DNA from: Lama guanicoe
Lineage: Eukaryota
NCBI GenBank assembly: GCA_013239625.1
Contig: MU054187.1
Location: forward strand, 11,305,231-11,369,230
Length of the DNA: 64,000 nucleotides
Reading direction: 5' to 3'
Shown in pieces: positions 41,801 to 54,784 of this stretch (position 1 is the stretch's first letter; each line of letters opens with the position of its first letter). The translations under genes and the position numbers were made by a program. The notes under the pieces were generated by a model. That model saw only the letters and a program-made list of their open reading frames with translations. It was not told the origin of the DNA and did not search any database.

Positions 41801-42289
41801 GCCGAGTGCTTACCAAACTCTTTACAGTGCCGGTGTTCTGAGATTGAGCAGAAATGGCCCCTGAGTTTCTAGGACCTTTTCTTAAACATGCTGATAATCT
41901 CCACCAAAAGAAACACAAAATGGCAAACTGTTAGAGTGAAAAACAGCACACAAAAAGATGCAAGCCCTTGCAGAAGGACTGTATGTAACTCATGAGCGTC
42001 TTGTTTCCCTCACTCATCACAAAGACTCCTAAGTTAGTGCTCATCTCCAGCTTCTTATGCACACAGACAATGGACTTCCTTCATTTGTACTCGCCTACAC
42101 TTTGTAAGTCCTCTGAAGTTTTATGTTATTTGATTTCTTCCAGCATATGAAACTTTTAATTTTATATAACAATTCATACTTTCTAAAGTGCTTTCAAACA
42201 TTTCATTTGATTTTGACAACTCTGTGGAGCATGTCACACGACTAAGTACCTGTGCCTCTTTTAAACAATAAAAACAGATCTATGTTCTT

Positions 42290-42575
42290 AGGTAATATAC
42301 ACCAAAAAATATTTAGGGTTATAAGGCCATGATGTATGCAACTTTCATTGAATTCAAGGAAAACAACCAACCAAAAATATATATTAATGTAGATACATAC
42401 ATAGAGAGAAAAAGAAAGTGAGTGACCGATTGACAGAAGAATGGGGCAAACTGTTAGCAATAGATAAGTCTGAGTAAATGGTATGCAAGTGTCTTTTCTA
42501 TTATTCTTGTAACTTTTCTGTAAGCTCAGTTCTCCAAACTTAAGGTTTTTCAGTAATTATTTTCAAATAAAAGCT
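42290..42575 (+). mobile_element. Old L1M (L1ME/L1MC4-like) 3' end
   Basis: GGGGCAAACTGTTAGCAATAG...TATTATTCTTGTAACTTTTCTGTAAG...TTTTCAAATAAAAG. Confidence 0.65.
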
Positions 42576-45101
42576 TTTTTTTTAAAAGATAGAAAGACGA
42601 GGGAGTTAAACAATTTGCATATGCTAATAGAGCTGATTTGCGACAAAAGTGAAGAATCAGAATTCAGGTCTTCTATTTCTCCACATTTCCTCCAAACTTA
42701 TGATCTATTTCTGTGTAAGCTGAAATGTAATTGCCACTTAAAATATTTATAAACCACCATTACACCTTTAACCAATCAGTCATGAGTAATCAGTACCAGA
42801 GCCCAGGGACAATTCATAATTATTATTTAACTATTATTTATATATCACATTAGCCATTTCAATCATTTTTACAATCCTGTTTTATCTGGCCCTCATAACT
42901 CTGAATTAAGCAGATAGAGCAGGCATTATTGTACCCATTTTACAGATTAAGAAACAGGATGTGAAGGTTCCTTGTATCATTATTATTGTTCATAGCTACT
43001 AACTGGCAGTCATATTCTGCAGACAGTACCAGAACCAGTACCCTTTCCAATATATCCTCTTGATGTTCCAGTGTCCTTTCATACCCCTAATGACCATATC
43101 TAAAACTTCTAAGGTTTATGCTGCATTCAGCAATAGAAACACAACATTCTCTTAAAAAAACAAAATGACTGAGAGAGATGCCTATGTTTTATTTACTAAT
43201 ATTATATATAATAACAGCAAAGATTTACTGAGTATTTACCTGCTGTGTGCAAGTTAAGTGCTTTATATACATTACCTAATCTAATTTTTTCAACATTTCT
43301 ATGACATGAAATTCTCATGGTCCCCATCACACAAAGAAACAGGGTCTGAGAATTTGACTAACTTAATTGATGTGACAGAACTACGGGGGCTAAGGCAAGA
43401 CATGAGCCACTATGGGCCCCCTACCATTAATTAAATTGTCCTATTCCACATTTTCCCCTTTTTCCTGTAAGCTCAGTTGATCTCTTAGCCAATTTCTTTT
43501 CCGTTTATTCAGTGATTTTTAATTTCTGCAATCAAGAAAATTCTTTCCAGGAACACAGTTTGTATGGAAAGCATAGGTTTGAAAAAGCAGGTCCCACATC
43601 TTAATTTGCAGCAGCAGCAGCAGCCCCTGGCATACAGTAAGCATTCAGTAAATGTTTGTTGAATGTATGATGTTTGGAGTTCTCTATTAAAAAGCTTTTA
43701 AGATGTTTTGATCTAAATACTTAAACACAAGACCTAAAAATTGAGCAGGTTCAATTTGCCAAACCTTGGATTTTACAGCAAAGCACACAGTTTCAAAGCA
43801 GGGGGTGGGGGTGGGGGGATTGATAATAAAAGAAGAAAACAAACTTCACTTAGAAATTTTTTAAGCCAGCCCTTAAAAAATGCTCTGTCCATAATCTGAC
43901 AGTTTTGACTGCCTGGATCATCTTTTGTAGATAACCTCTTGTCTCTATGAACAAAGGTGATGCTCATCTCACCGCTGGTTGGACTCCATGACTTTTCCCT
44001 TCGCTGTAACCAGTCGGGATAAAAGGTGACCACAGCTGGCTTACTACGGCGGCGCCCTTGCAGATGCCGTTCAAGCAATGACGCAGGAAGGGACCAGCCA
44101 GGGAGCTCAAGCTAAGCGGCAGGATACACGGGATACACTTTTCCACCTCCGTTCTTCCAACCCACGCTTCCAGCTGCCCCGGTTGGGTTTCTTCCCACTC
44201 CAGAGTTTCCCATTACATTGATTTGCATCCATTTTTCCTCAGACCAGAACAGTTAGGTGAGCTAAGAGGACCACACCCTGCTGCCTCCCTCCTGCTTTAT
44301 AAGATGGCCTTTGTCCCACCTCGTGCATTCCAGCCCAGCACACAGACAGCGTAAGCGCACGGCCTAACCTGACTGCGATGTAAGGGAATTTCAGGGTAAA
44401 AAGGGCACTGGTGGAAGTCAGTCACATCGCGTCTCGGGTTTCTCGGCTTGGCACCGGTTTGCAGCATTAACGCAATTCCTTTCAGGCCTGCTATCACTCC
44501 CCCGCTGCCCATTACCCTTGCCTCCCGCTCAGGCTCTTAGCCTCTGGTTCTTCTTACTAATGCACCTGCCAGCCCCGGACACGGGTACTTGCAGATTCTG
44601 CAGAATGAGGCTTTTTCCGCCCTCGGGCTCAGCATTATCCTCTACCATTTTCCCTCAGAGACTGCACCCCCTGCAGTCAGCCGTGTCCCCCACACCTCCC
44701 GTCTCCTCATCTGTGCGCCGTCTGAGCTCCGATGCTTGGCCCATCCCTGCTCTCTGACATGTATATTTTTACATTTGCCATTTATTCCTCCACCTGCTCA
44801 CAAAAAGGCTGGAGGGGACAAAGTGGATTTGGCACCTCTGAATTTCTTGGATGATGGTTCCCTGCGATCATTTTTTAAAATGCGTCTCTAATCCACTGTT
44901 TTTCAGGCAGAACCTTGCCTACGATTTCCCACACCCATCCCGACACCTTGATTTTACCGGATCCCCTGAATAACTGTCCCCAGGGCTGCAGTCACAACAG
45001 TGACATTCAGGTTCTTATTAATAATTATCACCATCTTTTAAAAGTGATCCTTATTGTTATTGCTTCATATCATTTAATATTTATATTTAAATACAGAAAA
45101 A

Positions 45102-45239
45102 GGGGGAGAGTATAGCTCAGTGGTAGAGTGTATGCTTAGCAGGCATGAGGTCCTGGGTTCAATCCCCAGTACCTGCTCTAAACAGTATACATAAGTAAGT
45201 AAACCTAATTACCTCCCCCTCCAAACAAACAAACAAAAA
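45102..45239 (+). mobile_element. Full-length Vic-1-like SINE with 12-bp TSD
   Basis: GGGGGAGAGTATAGCTCAGTGGTAGAG...GTCCTGGGTTCAATCCCCAGTACC...CCTAATTACCTCCCCC plus an (AAAC)n tail; TSD TAAATACAGAAA at 45088-45099 and 45240-45251. Confidence 0.92.
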
Positions 45240-47778
45240 TAAATACAGAAACGGAGGCAACTGTGGCCAGGGTCATCCCTTGGCTCACTAAATAAAGGAA
45301 TGAGTTTTTCACTTGCTCAGGGCAAATAATACAAAACCAGTGCTCAGGACACAAACACGCTAAAAGCATCAGAAAAGGAAGGAGAACCTGAATGATACTG
45401 AGTAGCACCACATGCTGGACACTGCTGTTCACTTCCAGACTTCCTTATTCTGAACTAGTCATTCTAGTTATAAGTAAAAGAATCAGACTTAAAACAAAAA
45501 TTTACACACCTGTAGAGTGAGGATTTCCACCCAAGTCATTTTGTCTCCAAAAAATCAATGCTGTCTCTCAAAAGAAACTTCTATATAAATGCTCAACAGT
45601 AAAACCCCATCACTAATTACATGGAAGGAGTTTTCATTTGCCTGCCATTTACATCTTTTCTTCCCCCAGTCTAATTACATTGCCAATGCCAGTAAAGGGC
45701 TTCTTATCATAATTTATTAGGCTTTTTGGTAAAGAGCTAAATGAAGGTTTGCTGTTAAGGTGGCGAGGAAGAGAAGACTGAGATTCCCATAAAAACTTGC
45801 TAACTGGTGTGCAATACCATGCCCATTAAATGGGGAATAACTCTCACAGAATACAGACTGGTCTCTACAGCACTCGTTAAGGGCCGGCTTAAACTTGAAC
45901 TGTGGGCTCACACCCAAGCCTGCCCTGAAAGGCTGAAACAAACCCCCATGGAAGACACTATTGGTTGTTTAGAATCTAGGGCGTCACGAAAAACACGCTG
46001 TTCAGTGTTGTCCGTAAGGCACCGTTACTGTTGTTCCAAATTAGCAAGGCATCCATGCACTTGCTTAATGTGTTTTCCCTTGATTTATGCGCCCTTGCTT
46101 CTTAAATCATTTCCAGAAATTCTCAGGAAATGTGAAAGGAATTTATCAAATGAATGTGTTATCTTTTTCTCCAGCAGAATGTCAGATCACTTCTTGAAAG
46201 ATCTTCTCCAAATTCTTTAGCTCAAACCGATTTTAACAAACTTGAATATACACCCCATAATTAGGAAGCCAATTTATTCCGTTCATTTGCATCAGTCTAA
46301 ATAATTTTTCCTGACAGATGACTTCCGTTCAAAGTACCAAGTACTTTTTAATCGTAGGCAGGTTATTGCGAAGGATAAATGATTTCACATTTCTCATAAA
46401 GATGCCAGTCATTAAGAATATTAACGCAAATTCCTTCCCCTTGAATAGAAATGAGCTGTCATTTTAGCCATGGTGCTGTGTCAGCCTTTCTATTGTCAAA
46501 CACAACAAATGATGAGAAAATCAATTTACTCTTTAGAATTAGTCAAGTGAGGAATTCTTTGAAGTGGGGGGGGCAGGGTTTTGCCTGAATTCCATAATCA
46601 CATAAAAGCGAGCACTGTATATATGTTGGTAAAATGTTGTGAAACTTAAAGAGGACTGTTTGCTGTCATAGACCTTCCAGACAGAATCTATCTCTGAAAA
46701 AGAATTCCCTACTCCGAATATAGAGGTTTGATGAGCAACAGATGTGGTTTAAACGAATCCTTGTTCAGCTGAATATATTTTGATCTGTATGAGGAACAGT
46801 CCAGAGAGCAGGGCAGTGACTTGGGCACAACCGGTGTTCAGGTTGGTGGTTGGGGGCGGGGGCGGAGTGGAGTATATTTATTTACTCTGGAAAGCTGCTC
46901 TCACGAGGCAAAATGCAAATGAGCTTTTAATGAATACTTTCTACTAGTTGTACGAAGCTTATGAAACAAGTTACAATTTTACTTTGTCATCTAAGATGTG
47001 TGGAGGAAAGCATTTCAACGGGTGGCCGCAACCTTTAGAATGATCTGTGTCCTGGCGATGGTTTGCAAGTTCCACAGCTTGGTTTCTCCACGCATAAAGG
47101 GAAGATTAGATCATTGTTCAAGAATGACAAGCATTTCATATTTGGAAATGACTGAATAATGAAGTGCTTGGATTCTATAGAAATGCTGAGGAGAAAAGAA
47201 GACTAATTTCAAGCCAAAATCCAGTACAAACATGACTTTCCTATTGTAAGTCTTATGTGTAGGGAAAGAAACTACTTCGAAGGCTTTGTTTCTAGGGCTG
47301 CGAATTTGGAAATACATTAATATCGGGATGATTCAGATTTTTTTTAAAAGATCTGCGTACTATCATCTCTTGTCTGTGGAGATGAGAAACATTCTTTCTG
47401 CTACCCTGTCCTGAAAGAATGCAGTTGCTAAAGATTTAAATGACAGGAATGGAAGGGTCATCTTTTGATTCCTTTGCCTTTGGGCAGGACTACAGTTAAG
47501 CCATCTCAGGAAAAAGAACAATGCTGTTGCTCCCAAAACTCTCCAGGTGAGAATGGTAAAAATTAAAAAGAGCAGATGGGAAAGCTCAGGGGCCTTGAAA
47601 TTAATAAAGGTCAGTTCCAGCTGACGTAATTTCAGTTAAAGTCATTTCTATTTGCAAATAGCCTGACGCTTAGCAAAACTCCAAAGGATATGATATTTGG
47701 CACTGGTTCTCTGAAAATTCCACTTAATATTAGCATTAATGTCTGGTCATTGTTTTGTTTGCCTCCATTTCGCCGGGT

Positions 47779-48260
47779 TGATGAGGGAGGTAGTCCTGCT
47801 CTACGGTGCTGGGATGACCAAACACAGGACATCCGACTCGGGACATGGAGGATCAAGGGCATTGATTAGTCACATATACTAACAGCCCAGGGTAAGAAGA
47901 CACTTCATGCCACGCAGGGCAACACAGAGGCTGCATTCAGGAACAGCGTGAACAAGAAGGGAGCTGTGGGAAGCAGGCTCTGTAGTAGTAAGACGGGGGT
48001 GGGGGGTGGGGTGCCCTGATTCCCAGGGGAGGACGTGATTGGCTCGTTGCAATGACTGTGTGGGCTGGCAGGAAAATGAAACTCATTAGGTTGAGGACCA
48101 GGTAGAGTACAGGTGTCTAGCTGTAAGGGAACTAGCCAGTGAAGGAGGCTTTCCCACTTGGAGGGAGAGCATATCAGGGAAAAGTAGGGGGAAGTCACAG
48201 CCCTTTGAGGCCCTGTGAGGCTCATAGATGTCCAGGCAGTGAAATCTTAGACCTCATGCA
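47779..48260 (-). mobile_element. ERVL-class solo LTR (MER54/MER74-like)
   Basis: TG...CA bounded; the minus strand reads GACATCTATGAGCCTCACAGGGCCTCAAAGG near its 5' end, like MER54-group LTRs as recalled. Confidence 0.6.
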
Positions 48261-49114
48261 CCAGTGGTCCACACAAGCTTTGTCACTTTGTACGATGATC
48301 ACTTCCCCTCGGCCATCCCCACTGCTCTAAGAGTAGTAACTCCACCACACCTACTGCGTCTCATGTGAAAAGTCACTTTTGATTAGACTGATAAACATGG
48401 GGGTGTAAACAGTTTTCCAGCAACAGACTCAGGCCAAGGTGATGTAAGTAGAGGATTCAGGCAGAAGTATCCTCTACTACTCGCTTGGATTTGAATAGAA
48501 AGAGGAGGAGAGCCCTGAATCATCCAGACAAATTCCATGCTTCACTCCTCGCTTGATTTTAATTTGCCATGAGGTGAATGTTGACCAACTTTAGACTTGG
48601 AGCCAAAGAAGCAAAAATGGTCTAGCTTGCCAAAATGAAGAATATGCCTGCCTTCATTTTTCAAGAGGAACACTGTCAGGAAACAGTCAGGTCACACTCT
48701 CTCTCACTTTCCCTGCGACTTAACGACTGAGGAGATAAAGGACACCGAGACCTGGGGTTTCAGGCAGAGCTTGGACATCTGAAGTTAAGACTGAGCCTGT
48801 TATAAAATCTTGGGCAAGGCATTTCATCTCTCTGGACCACATATTCTGTAGCTTTTTAATGAGGAAGTTAAACTAGACAGAGAGTTTAAAAATACTTTTT
48901 TAGTAGCACAACCCTGGTTTAAACAAGGGCTAAAGACACTTGATGAAACAGATGGAAATGAAGCTTCTCTGTTTGAATCCAATGAATGGAGCCCAAGCCC
49001 AAGTGACCTCGTCTCCCTGCTCCCCAAGATTCCTGAAGCACTTCCTTGGAAGTCCAGTGCTCCCTGGAACCCAGTTTGAAAACCAGCAGATGATTTACTA
49101 TCCAAGGTTCCAGC

Positions 49115-49330
49115 AGAATGGAAAAATCATGGACTATGGAGTCAGACAGACTAAGGTTCAAATCCTAGATCTGTCACTTCCTAAGCTGTATGACCGATTT
49201 CCCATCTGTAATACGAAGATTTAAAAAAAAAAAAAAGCTCTATTTCAGGACAATTACTATGTTAAGAATGCATGTAAGGCCTTTAGCCAGTGCCTGAAAC
49301 CTAGTGGGGACTCTTCCATGGTTGTTATAA
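49115..49330 (+). mobile_element. MIR SINE
   Basis: TGGAGTCAGACAGACTAAGGTTCAAATCCTAG...TTTCCCATCTGTAA...GCATGTAAGGCCTTTAGCCAGTGCCTG. Confidence 0.75.
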
Positions 49331-50019
49331 TCAAGGTTATGCCTCTGACATGAGCAGACAGGTTACGCTTCTGACATGAGGAAAGATCCTATCCGTGAGC
49401 TATTAAACTGCAACAGGATCTCTATCATTCCTGAAGCCCAGACCTCAAGAACTGGAGGCTAAAATTCCTCTTTAGAACCTGAATTGGTTTCTATTGTTCC
49501 AACTTAGCAGAGGCGGGAAAATTCTTCTAATTCACTGAACATTCTGTATGCGTGGCAGAGCATGGACCGCATCGACACACCCCGAGTATTTTCAATGACA
49601 ACGCAGTCAATCCAGCCACCACAGATGGCATTTAAAGCACATTGCTGTCACCAAAGAATAACAGGGAAATGTCACTAAGAACACTTGAACACTAAAGCCA
49701 CAGATATCCAGCACCTGACAGCCCACGTCCTGTATTTTGCCCTGGATCATAAAACAGTGCACCAGAGAGCTATTGTCCTCGCGTTGAGCTGCTGTTGTGA
49801 TAGTCCGCATTCTTCCCATAGCAGAGGAATGCCCTCATAAAATGCATCCCAGAAGCCTGCGATTTTGGAAAGTCTCACCTTTCGGTAATTTTCCTGGCAT
49901 TCTGTGAAGTAAGCGCCACCACACAGGTCGGATGTGCAGTAGGTGAGGCTCAGTGGATGCCAGCATCCCTGGTACCCCGACAAACACACGTTCTGAAGGA
50001 ACTGGACTCACGTAAAGTT

Positions 50020-50134
50020 TATTCCCTTTTTAAATGTTGTTCCCCCTTTTCCTCAGCAGAGGCACTAGGGATTAAACCCAGAACCTCATGCACGCCAAGC
50101 ACGCGCTCTACCACTGAGCTCTACTCCCACCCCT
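50020..50134 (-). mobile_element. Vic-1-like SINE with 12-bp TSD
   Basis: GGGATTAAACCCAGAACCTCATGCACGCCAAGCACGCGCTCTACCACTGAGCT; TSD TCACGTAAAGTT at 50008-50019 and 50135-50146. Confidence 0.9.
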
Positions 50135-50629
50135 TCACGTAAAGTTCAGACACTCCTCTCCACGTTCTATAAAGCTGTTTTTTAATGTATGAAAATTTAC
50201 AAACATACACATGAGTAAAGGGTATCACAAACCCTCGGGGGCCTCCTTCACAGCCTCCAGCATCAGTGCTTCCCTGACACGTGGCGGATTTCATCCGCGC
50301 GCGGGGGGGTGACACACATCCGCTTGGCTCCAAGACTGATGGCCCAGGTGAGACCAGGTCAGCTGCCAGTTAAACTCAGTGAAGTGCCTGTCCTAGACCA
50401 CCCCGAAGAAGCACACGAGGCCCCAGACGGATAAAGCCAGACTCACATCAAGAATTACAACCGAGAAGGCAGAGCCAATAGGTAGAAAAGATGGGAAATT
50501 CTGTGGGGAAGATGAGACTGGCCCTGAGCTTTGAAGGGAATGGGAGTGAGGACATTCCAGGCTGAGGGGGAGGATGTGAGTAGGGACAGGGAAGGAAGGA
50601 ACGGAAAGGCCTCTTTAGAGAATGACTCA

Positions 50630-51620
50630 TATTCCAATGCGCGGGAGTAGGTGACGGGAGGCGGGGCGGGAAGCGGGAAATGGCACGGAGATGCGTCGGG
50701 GCCTCACGCGCCCGCCCGGATGAGGATGTTGCTCGCCTGTGGGGCGCGGTGCCAGGAACCCCGCAGGAAAACGGGAGGTAGCAGGTGTGCGCACGGAGGG
50801 TGGCAGGGAGGTTTGGTGCCCGGACTGAATGAGAACTTGCTCAGACCCAAGCTCCGGCCTGAAGAACCCTCTGGCTGGGTGTTTTGCTCCCACAGGCAAA
50901 AGAGCAGAGCCCCACGGAGATCTCACACAGAGGGTTCAGCCCTTGGCGCAGGGAACTCCCTGCAAACCATCACTAGGAAAACAAGAGACCAGGAATAAAG
51001 AGAGGCAGCAGAAGCACCTGGTCCGAGGCTAAGAAACATTAGTGTTTACTAAGCACTTGGTCTCTGGAACGGCTGCCTTTCCAAATACCACACCTTCCTC
51101 ATCCACTCCATCTTGCCACAGGCGGCTACTGTGCCGGCTGCTGGGGAGGGGGAGCCGGAACCGCACGCCTGGGAGCCCTGCCTCCCCGCCCTCCCTCCGG
51201 GGAGCCTTCCCGCCTCGCCGCCGGCCAGCTGCAGCTCAGTTTGTTTGCCGAGGTTTGCATGCACATATTGAGTTGCCTTTTTTCCAGCCAGTTCAGCAGT
51301 GTCCCGAAATTCACCCCCAGTGTAACTTCTGCCTCTGCTCCTCCTCTTCTTGGAACTGCCTTTTGTTTGTCTGGCAGCCTTGGTTCTATGGGGGTGTGTG
51401 AGATGATAATAATACAGCGGGCTTATGTAACTCTCTTCATCTCCAGCAAGCACTTCGCAGACAGTTTCGAATGTATCTCCGGGCCGAGGTCAGGCCGGGA
51501 GGCTTGAGCCGCCAGTAGGAAATCCCCACCCGAGGCGCCGAGGCCAGGAGGGAGGGCGGAGGGGGTCAAAGGCCGGGTTTTCGTGGCCCCCTCGCGCCCC
51601 CGGAGGTCAGGGAGATAAGG
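50630..51620 (+). promoter_or_regulatory. SULF1: CpG/GC-rich region, putative SULF1 proximal promoter (P2)
   Basis: CpG-dense blocks (~50640-50825, ~51120-51250, ~51480-51605) in an otherwise CpG-poor window; GC boxes such as GGGAGGCGGGGCGGG at ~50657; lies directly upstream of and overlaps exon 1b. Confidence 0.7.
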
Positions 51621-51736
51621 AACAATGACTCTCGCCCCCAGGAGGAGGAAGGAAGTCCCGCTGCCCCCTTATCTCTGCTCTGCCTGCTCCCCGTTCCCAG
51701 AGCCTGTCTCTTGAGAAGACTGTGAAGGCGGCTTTT
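51230..51736 (+). other. SULF1: SULF1 alternative non-coding first exon 1b (5' boundary uncertain)
   Basis: GGAGGAAGGAAGTCCCGCTGCC...GAGAAGACTGTGAAGGCGGCTTTT matches an alternative human SULF1 5'UTR start as recalled; followed by consensus donor GTAAGT at 51737-51742. Confidence 0.8.
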
Positions 51737-53239
51737 GTAAGTATGATGCGCTCCTTTTTCTTTAAAAAGAAAGGAAACAAACTTTCCTTACTGCCCTTGT
51801 CCATTTCACCTTGTTATTCCCAGGACTGTGTTGCCGCTTTCAGATTCTGCCAGGATAGAAAGTGTTTCCGGCCCAAGGCCTCCACTCAGGTGGGACCCTC
51901 CTGAAAACAGTATGAGGGGAAAGAGGTTTCTGTTGATAATTCACTTATTAACAAAACAGCACCCAGACGAGGTGCTGAAATCGCCCCCCTTTCTCTGCTT
52001 CCTGGTCCTGGTCCTCGTGATGTCTATCTCTTCTCCACACCTAAACACACCTCACCCTGCAAAGGAGCCCTGGGTATTCCCTGCTTGTTAGACACGGAGA
52101 AACGATGTAGCAACTCTGAGCTTCAGTTTCTCTGCTTTCAGTCCCCACAATTTCAGGCAAATATAATTGCTGCAAGTTTCTTTTCCCACTATGAAATAAA
52201 TCCCATTTTTCAGTATAGGCTTGAAACTTGCACTGGCTTGCATAAACTTCATGAAATACTGTAGACATGTGAATTCTTAAGTTTTTCACTGCATAGCTGA
52301 AGGTTCTAAATAGTAAAGGAAAGTGGACAAAACGCCTAAAAGCACTGGCAAAACCCAAAGTCCTGTAATTAAACCACGTGTCTGCAAAGGATCCTGAACT
52401 GACAGTATTTTTCTCAGGGATGATGGTCAGGGCTTTGAGACATTGTCTCTCAACAAAAGGTGAATTTAAAACTGTAGGGTGACACTAAGATCCAGTTTCA
52501 GAACACTTAGAAAGTACGAGTCGCTAATTGAATAAGCCAAGAAAATAAAGTTATATTTTGGGTAGCTGTACAATCTGCATTTCTAAAACCTTGATTATAA
52601 GTTGGTGTATTATGAGACATGGAGCATTACTGTCTTTATTTCAGGTAAGAAAACTAAAAAATATAAATTGACAATAATGTAAAGAGCGAGGCCTCTCTGC
52701 GTAAGTGCTGTGATTAAGCCACTGACTTGATTGCCTTTATCTTTAGATAAACAGATATGAAAACCACATATGAGTGTGTGTGTGTATAAAAGAGTTCAGG
52801 ACACTTAAATGTATGGATTTGTTTAATTAAATGTAAATATATATATATATTCAATCATCCTGAACTCTTACATATCTGTTTTAACTATCTAGTGTTCAGT
52901 ATTTACATGGTAATATAATATCCAAAATAGACCGAGTGGAAAGATTTCATATCAGATTTCAGAATGCAACAGAGCTATGTATTCATTATTTATTCAACAA
53001 ACATGGGAAACATAAAATTATGTCCATTTTTAAAATTCCCTTTAAATGCCGTTTCCACTTAAAATTCTCTGTGGCCCCTTCTAAGAAAATTTAAGGCATA
53101 ATTGAAGTTGAAAATAAGACTGGATTCTAGTTGCTTTTATTTCTAAATGTAAAAGTGAGCTGTCAACAGTGACTTCTATACTCTGGTTAATTTAGTTACA
53201 AAGATCAGCCACATGATCTCAACGTTAGCCGCAAAGGTG

Positions 53240-53460
53240 GAAAGAACACAAACTCTGATGGCATCCGGATTTGAGGCTTGGTTTTCCCATTGCCTGGTTA
53301 TGTGACCAGCAGCAAGATCTTTCAGATTCTCAACCTCAGATTTCACATCTATAAAATGAGACCAGTACTACTTACCCCAAGGAAAGGATTGTTGAAAGGA
53401 CTAAAAGAAATAATATATGTAAAATATCCACCACAGTGTCTGAAAATAGCAGTGTTTCAG
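53240..53460 (+). mobile_element. MIR SINE; its 3' part is duplicated again at ~54042-54210
   Basis: GGTTATGTGACCAGCAGCAAG...AACCTCAGATTTCACATCTATAAAATGAG...ATATATGTAAAAT...CACAGTGTCTG. Confidence 0.7.
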
Positions 53461-53525
53461 TCAATTTTAGGGCTTTTCCCCTTATTTTTTTCATCTTTGA
53501 TTCAGTTCATTTTTTGAGCATCTCC

Positions 53526-54033
53526 TGTTACCAAGTCCAAACTCGTTCTACTCGCCACAACAGTAAATCTGGAGACAAGATGTTGGGGCAAGGAATAATG
53601 ACTTCACCTGGAAAGCCAGCAAATGGAGAAGATGGCAGGCTAATGTCCTAGAGAACCATCTTACCCAAGTCAGAATTCAGGCTTCTTTTATACTAAAAGG
53701 GGAAGAGGTGTGGCTGGTTGTTGTAGACTTACTAGTATTGGAATCCTTTGTTCTGTCAGCTGTCCCCTGTAGGTGAGGTCAGGATATTCCTGTAAACCTC
53801 TAACAAGATAAATGTTATTCTCAGTTCTGTAAATTATCTCTATGTGAATGAGAAGTATTAGAAGCTTAAGGGTCAGAGCCTTGAGAATGGGCTACACTGT
53901 ATATTTCAGGCTACAGGCAACATTCTTTTACGAAAGGTGCAGAACCAGCATGACTAAGCAGCAGAGACAGAGCATGGGGTTAAAGCAAAAGAACAGATCT
54001 AATATGGAGCCGGATTTGCTTTTCCCTGTTTCA
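53526..54033 (-). mobile_element. ERV solo LTR, ~508 bp, copy 1
   Basis: TGTTACC...TGTTTCA ends; minus-strand TATAAAAG at 53685-53692; interrupts an L2-like sequence. Confidence 0.7.
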
Positions 54034-54276
54034 CTGTTACATGCCTGGTTATGTGACCAGCAGCAAGATCTTTCAGATTCTCAACCTCAGATTTCACATC
54101 TATAAAATGAGACCAGTACTACTTACCCCAAGGAAAGGATTGTTGAAAGGACTAAAAGAAATAATATATGTAAAATATCCAGCACAGTGTCTGAAAATAG
54201 CAGTGTTTCAGTCAATTTTAGGGCTTTTCCCCTTATTTTTTTCATCTTTGATTCAGTTCATTTTTTGAGCATCTCC

Positions 54277-54784
54277 TGTTACCAAGTCCAAACTCGTTCT
54301 ACTCGCCACAACAGTAAATCTGGAGACAAGATGTTGGGGCAAGGAATAATGACTTCACCTGGAAAGCCAGCAAATGGAGAAGATGGCAGGCTAATGTCCT
54401 AGAGAACCATCTTACCCAAGTCAGAATTCAGGCTTCTTTTATACTAAAAGGGGAAGAGGTGTGGCTGGTTGTTGTAGACTTACTAGTATTGGAATCCTTT
54501 GTTCTGTCAGCTGTCCCCTGTAGGTGAGGTCAGGATATTCCTGTAAACCTCTAACAAGATAAATGTTATTCTCAGTTCTGTAAATTATCTCTATGTGAAT
54601 GAGAAGTATTAGAAGCTTAAGGGTCAGAGCCTTGAGAATGGGCTACACTGTATATTTCAGGCTACAGGCAACATTCTTTTACGAAAGGTGCAGAACCAGC
54701 ATGACTAAGCAGCAGAGACAGAGCATGGGGTTAAAGCAAAGGAACAGATCTAATATGGAGCCGGATTTGCTTTTCCCTGTTTCA
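54277..54784 (-). mobile_element. ERV solo LTR, copy 2 (product of the tandem duplication)
   Basis: Same sequence as 53526-54033, offset by 751. Confidence 0.7.

Noticed and set aside
45102..45175. tRNA-like sequences here and at 2355, 19620, 31140 and 50060
   Set aside because: They are SINE heads with tails and, in three cases, TSDs; not tRNA genes
49334..49385. 26-bp two-copy repeat (similar short doublets near 20563 and 40880)
   Set aside because: Ordinary slippage duplications; no spacer-repeat array, so not CRISPR-like
50627..51507. Cluster of overlapping 60-134 aa ORFs on both strands
   Set aside because: Expected from stop-codon scarcity in GC-rich promoter DNA; no domain similarity recognised
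53526..54784. Two identical LTRs around a 243-bp spacer, resembling a miniature LTR retrotransposon (TRIM)
   Set aside because: The spacer is almost entirely a copy of the host DNA upstream of LTR 1 (MIR/L2), so it is a tandem duplication rather than an element with its own internal region
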